From an uncultured Parachlamydiaceae bacterium (GTDB lineage: Bacteria; Chlamydiota; Chlamydiia; Chlamydiales; Parachlamydiaceae), in contig CAVVXH010000011.1 of the NCBI GenBank assembly GCA_963752155.1, positions 256,001-320,000 of the forward strand: a stretch of 64,000 bases of DNA, written 5' to 3'. This document shows, piece after piece, positions 41,987 through 50,998 of the stretch. Under the pieces are notes generated by a model. That model was not told where the DNA came from. It saw only the letters and a program-made list of their open reading frames with translations, and searched no databases. Positions within the stretch are counted from its first letter, which is position 1; each line of letters opens with the position of its first letter. A program made the position numbers and the translations under genes.

Positions 41987-42856
41987 ATGAAAGCTATGTG
42001 GAGTGGATCCTTATCCTTTGGATTAGTCAATATTCCTATTAAAGTTTATGCGGCATCTGAGGAGCATGCTATACAATTTCGTATGCTGCATAAAAAAGAC
42101 CTTTCTCCCATTCAGTTCGTACGTCTGTGTCAAAGTGAAAAAAAAGAAGTTCCTTATAGTGAAATAGTCAAAGGGTATGAATACAAAAAAGGTGAATATA
42201 TCGTAATCGATGAGGATGAACTTAAAAAAGTCAATCTTGAAAGAACTTCAACTATTGAAATACAACAATTTGCAAATCTATCAGAAATTGAAATTATCTC
42301 TTATGAAAAACCTTATTATTTAGAACCTGAAAAAAAGGCCGGTAAAGCCTACCGATTGTTAAACGAAGCACTCAATAAGTCAAAAAAAGTAGCCATCGTC
42401 AATTATGTCTTTCACAATAGAGAACACCTGGGTGCCATTATTTCAAGCAATAACGTTCTGATGCTGATTCAAATGAGATATCAGGCTGAAATTCGATCCA
42501 CTGATGAACTCACGTTGCCAAATGAAGAGATCACTTCCAAAGAACTCCAAATGGCATTGGATCTTGTCAATCAGCTGACAATTCCTTTTGATCCTGAAAA
42601 ATATCACGACACCTACTCTGAAGAGGTTATGGAGCTCATCGAGAAAAAAATGAAAGGAATAAAACTCCCTAAGAAAGCAAAAGAACATCTACGACCTTCT
42701 GAGGCCCAAGATCTGATGGAGCTCCTCAAAGCCAGCATGAAGTCAGCTCCAAAAAATTCACCTAAGAGTAAGGAACAAAGTAAAAAACCCTCTAAAGACA
42801 AAATTCATCCTCTTTATCCCAATACTAAGGCTAAAGTTACGAAGAAAGCGCAATGA
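41987..42856 (+). CDS. ku: Non-homologous end-joining protein Ku
   Basis: W.G.LSFGLVNIP.K, IVKGYEY, PYYLEP, F.P..Y.D.Y, DLM..LKAS, basic tail. Confidence 0.95.
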   Translation: MKAMWSGSLSFGLVNIPIKVYAASEEHAIQFRMLHKKDLSPIQFVRLCQSEKKEVPYSEIVKGYEYKKGEYIVIDEDELKKVNLERTSTIEIQQFANLSEIEIISYEKPYYLEPEKKAGKAYRLLNEALNKSKKVAIVNYVFHNREHLGAIISSNNVLMLIQMRYQAEIRSTDELTLPNEEITSKELQMALDLVNQLTIPFDPEKYHDTYSEEVMELIEKKMKGIKLPKKAKEHLRPSEAQDLMELLKASMKSAPKNSPKSKEQSKKPSKDKIHPLYPNTKAKVTKKAQ

Positions 42857-44685
42857 AACAAAAACAGCGTAGCATTAGACCCATGTTGGCAACCTTCGTA
42901 GATCGACCCTTTGACGATGAAGGGTGGGTATTTGAAATCAAACTCGATGGTTTTCGAGCTATTGCCATTCTAGAATATAATCAAATAGAACTTCATTCTA
43001 GAAATTTACTCTCTTTTAACGATCGCTTTCCTTTACTTGTCGAAGAACTAAAGCAATTAAGATTGAATGCCGTCTTAGATGGAGAAATTGTGGCTTTAAA
43101 CCAGAATCAAATTCCAAAATTTCAATTATTACAAAATGCTCTCCCTCAAACTGAAGTCTTTTTTTATGTATTTGATATTTTATATCTAAATAATATAAAT
43201 CTTCAAAATTTACCCTTAATCAAGCGAAAAGTCATATTAAAAGAAAATTTAAAAAATACTCTTCACGTTCGCTATTTAGACTTTATTGATGCTCGGGGAA
43301 TCGATTTTTTTAAGGTCTGTCAAGAAAGAGAATTAGAAGGAATCGTCGCAAAAAAAAAGAATAGCCACTACTTAGAAGGGATCCGATCGAAAAATTGGCT
43401 TAAAATCAAAAATGAACATCAACAAGAAGTCATTATCTGTGGATTTACTGAACCTAAAGGTGGGAGAAAGGGGTTTGGAGCTTTGCTCGTTGGTGTTTAT
43501 AAAGAAAAACAACTTCATTATGTCGGGCATGTGGGAGGAGGATTTACCCAAAGACAATTAAATGAGATTAAAACTCTTCTAGATCCACTGATAATAGAAA
43601 AGAGTCCCTTTTCAATCCCACCAAAGACTAATACCAAAGCAACTTGGGTCACTCCTAAATATGTGTGCGAAGTTAAATTCAAAGAATCAACAAAAGAAGG
43701 CATTATGCGCCAACCTATCTTCTTAGGGTTTAGAGAAGATAAACTTCCAAATGAAGTAGAGGAGGAAAAGCCAATTCATACTAAAAAAACAAATAAGAAA
43801 AATATTCTCGATGCCTATCCCTTTCTAACTCATCTTGATAAGCCTTATTGGGATAAAGAAAAAATTACTAAAGAAGATATCCTTCTTTATTATGCCTCCG
43901 TTGCTAAATATATCCTTCCTTACTTGAAAGACCGCCCACAAGTCTTAAAGAGATATCCAAATGGAATTTCGAAACCCAGTTTTTATCAAAAAAACCTTGC
44001 AGATCATCCAAGTTGGATCCAAACGGCATTTGTAGAGCATGAGCGAAAAACTGTAGAATATCTTTTAATCCAAGACATTCAGAGCTTAATGTATGCTGTG
44101 AACTTAGGTTGCATTGAAATTCATTCCTGGTTTTCAAGAATACAAAATTTACAAAATCCCGATATCTTGCTTTTCGATTTAGATCCTGAGGATATTTCTT
44201 TTAATGCTGTGATTGAAACAGCCCAATCTTTACATGCTATTTTAGAAGATATCAAGGTTCCTCATTTTTGTAAGACCTCAGGGGCTACAGGCCTACACAT
44301 TGCTGTACCATTAGGTGCGAAGTATCCTTTCGAGCAAGCTAAACAATTCGCTCAATTGATTGCAATCAAAGTAGTAGAACACCTTCCAGAAATAACTTCA
44401 ATAGAGAGAAAACCGATCCACAGACAAAAGAAAGTTTACGTAGACTATCTGCAGAACAATTTTGGACAAACAATGGCAATGCCTTACAGTGTCAGAGCTA
44501 GAGCGGGTGCCCCTGTTTCAACTCCTTTAGTATGGAGTGAAGTCACCAAAGGTTTAAATCCGGCAGATTTTACGATCTTTAATACGGTTGAACGCATTAA
44601 CAACTATGGGGATTTGTTTAAGAAAGGATATCAAAAAGGAATCGATCTTAAAAAAATCTTGGAAAAATTCAGAGCAAAGTTATAG
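42853..44685 (+). CDS. ligD: DNA ligase D (ligase plus polymerase domains, no phosphoesterase domain)
   Basis: PMLA, EIKLDGFR, LDGE, EGIVAK, WLKIK; polymerase motifs RYPNG, FDLDP, KTSG..GLH, PYSVRA. Confidence 0.95.
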   Translation: MKQKQRSIRPMLATFVDRPFDDEGWVFEIKLDGFRAIAILEYNQIELHSRNLLSFNDRFPLLVEELKQLRLNAVLDGEIVALNQNQIPKFQLLQNALPQTEVFFYVFDILYLNNINLQNLPLIKRKVILKENLKNTLHVRYLDFIDARGIDFFKVCQERELEGIVAKKKNSHYLEGIRSKNWLKIKNEHQQEVIICGFTEPKGGRKGFGALLVGVYKEKQLHYVGHVGGGFTQRQLNEIKTLLDPLIIEKSPFSIPPKTNTKATWVTPKYVCEVKFKESTKEGIMRQPIFLGFREDKLPNEVEEEKPIHTKKTNKKNILDAYPFLTHLDKPYWDKEKITKEDILLYYASVAKYILPYLKDRPQVLKRYPNGISKPSFYQKNLADHPSWIQTAFVEHERKTVEYLLIQDIQSLMYAVNLGCIEIHSWFSRIQNLQNPDILLFDLDPEDISFNAVIETAQSLHAILEDIKVPHFCKTSGATGLHIAVPLGAKYPFEQAKQFAQLIAIKVVEHLPEITSIERKPIHRQKKVYVDYLQNNFGQTMAMPYSVRARAGAPVSTPLVWSEVTKGLNPADFTIFNTVERINNYGDLFKKGYQKGIDLKKILEKFRAKL

Positions 44686-44687
44686 TT

Positions 44688-44921
44688 TTATTGAATTGGA
44701 CACCCATCATCTTCTTTAGGATTTGAATCTTTTTTCCTATTTTTGAAGTTTCCGGGGGGAATGCTCATGTCTGGCCAATCCTGAAAAACTAGATTAGTCA
44801 GTGAACTATCCTTAAGCGGGTTAACATCAGTTTTAACTTTTTTTTTCGATACTCGCTTAGGGCTTTGAATAGAGGTATTAAATGGATCTAATTTTGGTTG
44901 TTTTGATGATGATGGTTCCAT
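44688..44921 (-). CDS. Small basic disordered protein with CaaX (CPIQ)
   Basis: RBS aggag; NLS-like PKRVSKKKVK; ends DDGCPIQ. Confidence 0.65.
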   Translation of the reverse strand: MEPSSSKQPKLDPFNTSIQSPKRVSKKKVKTDVNPLKDSSLTNLVFQDWPDMSIPPGNFKNRKKDSNPKEDDGCPIQ

Positions 44922-45036
44922 TCTAATCTCCTAATTTTAATAATTTGTATTCCACGTTCAATAAATATAAAAGCTAATATTTACCCCCATAATTTTATTA
45001 TCTAAAATTATTCATATTTTATCAACATAATTTTAA

Positions 45037-45336
45037 ATCTTTAAAGCATCAATCGATTTTTTAACAAAAGATATTGAAAATCAAGTAAAAAATTTTATTA
45101 ATTTAGAAGATTTAAATAACTATTTAACAAATACTTGTACAAATTTAATTAGAAATAATTTTGAGAAATGTAAAGAGCAGCTAAAGAAGAAATTTATATT
45201 TTTCAAGGGTCGATACCAACAAGATTCGATCATCGGCACACTTTATCCTGAAATAATCAATAAGATAGTAAGCAATATTACCTTCTATGATACAACAATC
45301 GATTCTATAAAAAAGGATTTCTCAACGTCATTTTAA
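45037..45336 (+). pseudogene. Gene remnant without ATG start
   Basis: 99 stop-free codons in very AT-rich DNA, including IGTLYPEIINKIVS (F-box-like). Confidence 0.35.
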
Positions 45337-46703
45337 TTAATCAATATTTCTATCGCCTCTTCAACGACTTCAGCTCCGATAATATTAATTTTGCTTTTAA
45401 TTGCTTCCGATATCCCCTTAACATTCCGCTTTGGGATCAAGCAATGCTTAAAGCCCATGTGAACAACCTCCTTAAGCCGGCTTTCAATGCGACACACGCT
45501 TCGCAACTCACCCCCAAGCCCAACTTCACCTATCACAGCAGTATCTCCATTAATATTCTGATTGCGCAAAGAAGACGCGACAGCGAGGAGGACTCCCAAA
45601 TCGATTCCTGGTTCGATGACGCGCAATCCTCCGGCTATTGAAACGAACACATCGTTACGATACATTTGGTAGTTCATTCTTTTCTCTAAAACTGCCAGAA
45701 GCAATGCCAACCGATTCTGATCAAGGCCCGTACACCTACGTGAAGGGGATGGAAAAAATGTCGGAGTCACTAGAGCTTGTACTTCAATGAGGAGAGCTCT
45801 AGTGCCTTCCAAAGTCGGAATAACGACTGAACCTATGGCGTCCTTCATCCGTTCTTCTAAAAATACCTGGGAAGGGTTGGGAATTTCTATCAACCCTTCG
45901 CTTCCCATTTGGAATACTGCCATTTCATCTGTCGGACCGAAACGATTTTTAATCACTCTAATCATTCTATAATTGTTTTGTTTGTCCCCTTCAAAATACA
46001 AAACAGTATCCACTAAGTGCTCTAAGACGCGAGGGCCGGCAATTTCTCCGGATTTGGTCACATGTCCAATCAAAAATGTTGCAATATTTTTATGTTTTGC
46101 AATGTGCATGCATTCAGTTGCTGTTTCACGCACTTGTGAGACAGAACCTGGGGCCGAGGAAATTTCACTTTTATAGACGATCTGAATCGAATCGATGATC
46201 AGAACACTTGGATTTATCAATTCAATTTGTGCCTTAATTATCCCAAAATTTGTTTCGCTGAGCAAAAAGAGATTGTCACTTTCGATTCCCAAACGACGAG
46301 CACGCATGGAGGTTTGTTCGATAGATTCTTCCCCGCACACATAGAGTACTATCAGGCCCTTGTTGGCAAGGGCATTGGAAAGTTGCAGAGTTAATGTCGA
46401 TTTACCTATTCCTGGATCGCCTCCAATGAGAGTTAAAGAACCTGGGACAAGTCCTCCACCTAAAAGACGATCGCATTCATGAATTCCTGTAACGATCCGA
46501 GGGGTATCAGCATGGGCGATCTCTTTAAGCTTAAGAGGTCTCTTCGTAGATGAGGAGGCATATTCGAAGCGTCCTGCGGTTTCCTGCACCTCAACTTCTT
46601 CATGCAAGCTATTCCATTTACTGCATTGTGGACATTGCCCTGTCCACTTAGACTGCTTATGTCCGCATTCTCCGCAATACCATACGTTTTTTTGTTTTGC
46701 CAT
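45333..46703 (-). CDS. radA: DNA repair protein RadA/Sms
   Basis: C4 zinc finger CGECG...CPQC, GDPGIGKST, KNRFG motif, Lon-like C-terminus; probable start MAKQKN. Confidence 0.97.
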   Translation of the reverse strand: MAKQKNVWYCGECGHKQSKWTGQCPQCSKWNSLHEEVEVQETAGRFEYASSSTKRPLKLKEIAHADTPRIVTGIHECDRLLGGGLVPGSLTLIGGDPGIGKSTLTLQLSNALANKGLIVLYVCGEESIEQTSMRARRLGIESDNLFLLSETNFGIIKAQIELINPSVLIIDSIQIVYKSEISSAPGSVSQVRETATECMHIAKHKNIATFLIGHVTKSGEIAGPRVLEHLVDTVLYFEGDKQNNYRMIRVIKNRFGPTDEMAVFQMGSEGLIEIPNPSQVFLEERMKDAIGSVVIPTLEGTRALLIEVQALVTPTFFPSPSRRCTGLDQNRLALLLAVLEKRMNYQMYRNDVFVSIAGGLRVIEPGIDLGVLLAVASSLRNQNINGDTAVIGEVGLGGELRSVCRIESRLKEVVHMGFKHCLIPKRNVKGISEAIKSKINIIGAEVVEEAIEILIN

Positions 46704-46783
46704 TGCTACCGTAGTTATAGTTGATTTCGAGTATAGCTGTTGAGGCAATTATTTTAAAGATTCATCAAGGGAACGATTTTTTT

Positions 46784-46852
46784 AAATCTGGCGCTATTTC
46801 AAGTTGACTTGTAAAAAATTTTTTGGAGTGCGTGTGGCTCTGCCACCGCGCG
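46784..46852. repeat. Single arm of family A
   Basis: aaatctggcgctatttcaagttgacttgtaaaaaattttttggagtgcgtgtggctctgccaccgcgcg. Confidence 0.88.
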
Positions 46853-46862
46853 TGAAGAAGGT

Positions 46863-47501
46863 TTAATCATAAAGCACTGAAGCCAATTTTACGGCCCTTT
46901 CCTTGGCTTCTTTGACAATTTTTTCTTTTTGTTCAGGAGACGACGTAGGTTCAATCACAATTGACTTGATGTTCTTATCCTCAAAACCAATGAATTTCAA
47001 GATTGTCTCCATATAGGGTTTTTGTAAATCATAGCTCTCACTGCCAGTTCCATGACCATAGGCTCCCGCTCGAGAATATATGAGGACAATATCTTTCCCT
47101 TTTATAAGCCCTTTATAGCCCTCTGTCGGTGAATAAGTGAACGTATATGTAGGTTGCACAATCACATCAATATAATGCTTCAAGACATATGGAATACAAA
47201 AATTCCACATCGGCAGAGAAATCACATACATATCAGCTTGCTTAAAATTATTAATGACTTTTTCGACCTCTTCCCAAGCTGTTTTTTGTGCTTCCGTGTG
47301 TTTCTGCCCATGCATAATGCTATATTTTGCATCAATGACATCTCCATCAAAGGATGGTAGCTTTTTTTGCCACAAGTCTAGCATCTCGATTTCAACATTT
47401 GGATGATGTTGACGATAACTTTCTAAAAATGTTTTCGAAACATCGATCGAAGAGGATCTTTTTTTTCTCGGAGAACTTTCAATATAAAGTAAATGGGTCA
47501 T
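46863..47501 (-). CDS. azoR: FMN-dependent NADH-azoreductase (flavodoxin-2 fold)
   Basis: SSPR...S.S, PMWNF.IP..LK.YID, TF.Y...G..GL. Confidence 0.9.
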   Translation of the reverse strand: MTHLLYIESSPRKKRSSSIDVSKTFLESYRQHHPNVEIEMLDLWQKKLPSFDGDVIDAKYSIMHGQKHTEAQKTAWEEVEKVINNFKQADMYVISLPMWNFCIPYVLKHYIDVIVQPTYTFTYSPTEGYKGLIKGKDIVLIYSRAGAYGHGTGSESYDLQKPYMETILKFIGFEDKNIKSIVIEPTSSPEQKEKIVKEAKERAVKLASVLYD

Positions 47502-47590
47502 TTTTCCCTCAAATTAAATCTTAACAGCCAGACTTATGCCTGGGGTCAGTATCCAATGAAAGAGAAAAAGTGTCAATATTATTATTTTGG

Positions 47591-49081
47591 TTATGTGGTT
47601 TGAGCCTGATTTGCAAATTTTGTAGGAGAAAGATTATTTCCCAATTTATTCGTGGCTATAATTGAGATACCGATCATAAGAATAGAGGAAATCCCAATAA
47701 TGGAAATGTGTCCGGATGTTGAACCAAAAGCTATGAGAAGAAATTGATAAAGGCAAGATGCGCCTGACTTACCAAGACGAGAACCGATACTGTCAATGAC
47801 AGATTTTGCTCTCATCCTCTCTTCCGATTCAATGGATAAAAATGCCATTTCCTTGGTGGCATCAAAAAGAGTGTATTTAGCAGTTAATGCTAACACGTAA
47901 TGAATAGAACCTAAAAAAACGACGAAATAAATAGGACTCACAGCAAAGAATGAAGCGATAGGTTCAAGCATATGCGAAGGAAGCATAAGGGCTGTGAAAA
48001 AAAAGGTGCTAGTCACAAAAAGAGTTGTAGGAGTAATGAGTGCAACTTTTGTCCAAGTAAAGTTCTGAAATACCCAACGGGAGATAAGAGCAGAACTCAC
48101 TGCCATAAATCCAATCACTGAAGTCAATTGATTGATATAGGCATTATAAGCCTGAGCACAAGGATATAAGGATCGAATATTTTCTTTCCACACCACTTCA
48201 ATCAGACTACTTGTAATCCCAAAACCTACAACTAAAGTCGCAATACACAAAAGCGGACCTGATTCAATGATTGCTAAAATATTATCTTTAAATGAGTAAG
48301 TTTTCTTTGTGGATTTAAGAGGAATGATTTTTTTCGGTTCGTGTGTCGAAAGTACTCTGTTAATCCCCATAATGAGGCATCCACATACAACAACAATGGA
48401 AGTGATAAGCTGAAATGTGACCTCCCATGAAATTATTTCTGTTAAGTATTGAGACATGTAATGGGAAATCTGCCCAGAAATAATGCCTGCGAAGTTTCCG
48501 ACAAACATACATAAAGGATAAAATTTAGTCGCTTCAGCGAGAGAAGTGGTCGAATTGACATATCCCCAAAATAAAATAGAAAGAATAAGAAGAGACCATA
48601 GCTCAGCCATCAGATAAAAAAGAGTATAGTGCCAAAAACAAATCATGGCAATAAAACCTTTACACCCCTCCGGCAATATCGACTTCAAATATTCTTCGAT
48701 AGTGGAAAGATATAAAGCATTCGAATTGGGGTAAAGTACGAAAGCAAAAAAGAGATAAGAACCGAGTAAAAAGCATACAAAAGCATAAAATGTCTTTTCC
48801 CTGCCATATCGATTATAAAGCTTAGAAAAAAGAAAGCTTGCGCCAATGGCCAATGGGAGCATTGCCCAAATTTTAATAAATGGGATGACTTCTGCTCCGG
48901 CATTACTCGCTGTAATAACAATGGAATCTTTCAGATCTTTCAACGTATGATAGATAAAAATAATTAGAAAGAATTGAAGCAAAATCAAAAATTGCTTCTT
49001 TGCATGAGTGAGAACTGTAGTGGACTGAATTAAATCTTGATTATTCATAGGCTTTTTTTTTCGCGTGAATTGAGAATTCAA
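47591..49081 (-). CDS. NTT/TLC family nucleotide transporter (ATP/ADP translocase family)
   Basis: LKD..V.....GAE.IPF.K.W, FY..AELW....S.LFW, KY.LFD.TKEMAF, D..G.RLGKSG. Confidence 0.92.
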   Translation of the reverse strand: MNSQFTRKKKPMNNQDLIQSTTVLTHAKKQFLILLQFFLIIFIYHTLKDLKDSIVITASNAGAEVIPFIKIWAMLPLAIGASFLFSKLYNRYGREKTFYAFVCFLLGSYLFFAFVLYPNSNALYLSTIEEYLKSILPEGCKGFIAMICFWHYTLFYLMAELWSLLILSILFWGYVNSTTSLAEATKFYPLCMFVGNFAGIISGQISHYMSQYLTEIISWEVTFQLITSIVVVCGCLIMGINRVLSTHEPKKIIPLKSTKKTYSFKDNILAIIESGPLLCIATLVVGFGITSSLIEVVWKENIRSLYPCAQAYNAYINQLTSVIGFMAVSSALISRWVFQNFTWTKVALITPTTLFVTSTFFFTALMLPSHMLEPIASFFAVSPIYFVVFLGSIHYVLALTAKYTLFDATKEMAFLSIESEERMRAKSVIDSIGSRLGKSGASCLYQFLLIAFGSTSGHISIIGISSILMIGISIIATNKLGNNLSPTKFANQAQTT

Positions 49082-49189
49082 GCGAAAAAAATAGCTTTAG
49101 AGTCAGATATAAAGGAATACTGCATCCTTTTAAAGGAATATATCAGAATTTGAAATTATAGTCTACGACATTATATTGAGTTTTGTCAG

Positions 49190-49252
49190 TCACCAAATCG
49201 TATTTTCTTGATTTGGTGACGTAAAAATGTTATGATAAATTCATCACCAAAT
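49190..49252 (+). promoter_or_regulatory. Promoter overlapped by operator-like repeats
   Basis: TTGATT-N17-TATGAT (49208..49236); tcaccaaat / atttggtga palindrome across the -35, third copy near 49244. Confidence 0.55.
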
Positions 49253-49263
49253 AAGGATTCAAA

Positions 49264-50688
49264 ATGCAGCATTCATTTGTAGGTCGAAAAAGAGAGCTTC
49301 AGATGCTCGGAGAACTTTTTAAAAAGAAGTCGGCTAGTCTTGTGGTCATTCGAGGAAGACGCCGCATTGGAAAAAGCCGTCTTAGCACAAGAATTCGCTC
49401 AGAAAACCCCTCATTATGTTTTTTCCGGGCATTCCGCCAACCAAAGGCATTTCAGCTGCTGACCAAAAGGAAGAATTTGCTCGTCAACTTCAACGCGAAA
49501 TGAAAATCCCTCTTCCGAGAGCGGACGACTGGGGTGATCTATTTTGGCACTTAGCACAGCAGACTCAAAAAGGAAAAATCGTTCTTGTTTTAGATGAAAT
49601 TAGCTGGATGGGTTCAAAAGACCCTACGTTTCTTGGAAAACTCAAAACTGCTTGGGATCTCTATTTCAAAAATAATCCTCAGCTAGTTCTAATTCTATGC
49701 GGATCGATTTCAAGCTGGATTGAAGAAAATATTCTTAGCAGTACAGGATTTATGGGAAGAATCTCTCTAGACATCGTTTTGGAAGAGCTTCCTTTATATG
49801 AATGTAATGAGTTTTGGAATGCTGAGCAAGATAGAGTATCTGCTTTTGATAAGCTTAAAGTGCTTTCTGTAATGGGAGGTGTTCCGCGTTATCTTGAAGA
49901 AATTTTACCAAATCAAAGCGCTGAAACAAATATTCAAAGATTATGCTTTCGAAAAGAAGGTTTTCTTTTTAGTGAATTTGAACGAATCTTTTCAGATTTA
50001 TTCTCCTCAAGAAGCGCTACTTACAAAACTATCGTTGAAAGGCTTGCCGAAGGGCCTTGCGAACTTAAAGATATTTATACCGCATTGAATGTTGAAAAAA
50101 ATAGTCTAGTTTCCGAATACATGGAAGATCTTGGTTACAGCTGGATTTGTTTCTCGCGATTTTACCTGGCATCTTAAAACGGGTTTAGATTCAAAATTGA
50201 GTCATTATCGACTCAAGGATAATTATTTAAGATTCTATCTCAAATATATCGAACCAAATAAAAAGAAAATTGAAAAACAAGGGTTGAAGCTATTACCTCA
50301 ATGGCAATCTGCTATGGGATTACAGTTTGAAAACCTTGTTCTCGGCAATCGAAAAACGGTACAAAAAATCCTTGGTATCGATCCTTCTGAAATCGTAAAT
50401 GACAATCCATTTTTCCAGCGTAAAGCAAATGATCGCCAGGGATGTCAAATTGATTACATGATCCAAACGAAATTTGGAACGTGCTATTTATGCGAAATCA
50501 AATTTAACGCTCAGGAAATTACAAAAAGCATCATCGATGAAGTAAAGCAGAAAATTAAAAGCTTAGCCCTTCCTAAAAATATATCCATAAGACCTGTTTT
50601 GATTCACGTAAATGGAGTTGATGAATCTGTATTGGAAAGTGATTTCTTCTCCTCTATTATCGACTTTAATGATCTTCTACACATATAA
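49264..50688 (+). pseudogene. AAA+ ATPase/DUF234-type paralog of 34864..36297, two frameshifts
   Basis: Three overlapping ORFs reconstruct the full paralog (GRRRIGKS; LDEISWMG; QIDYMIQT...CEIK). Confidence 0.85.
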
Positions 50689-50773
50689 AGGTTATTATTT
50701 CATAAATTATCTTGTTTACGTTTTTTCTGAATAAATAGCAGAAAGTGTGTTTTATTTGATCAATGGATTTTTC

Positions 50774-50915
50774 AGTCTTGTTCACTTCGCTCAATTATTC
50801 CTCCTCTGTGTTCTCTGTGATCTCTGTGGTAGATTTTTTTTTACCACAGAGATCACAGAGAACACAGAGGAGGAATAATTGAGCGAAGGTTTCTCGTGTA
50901 CAGGTGAACATAGCC
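50774..50915. mobile_element. MITE family C, opposite orientation, with target-site duplication
   Basis: agtcttgttcac...gtgaacatagcc flanked by gatttttc on both sides. Confidence 0.88.
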
Positions 50916-50998
50916 GATTTTTCATTAGCCGCTTTTTTTTCTTTCAAAAAATTTTTTAATAGTCAAACATGCAGAATAGAGAGTTATAACCGCTGTCC

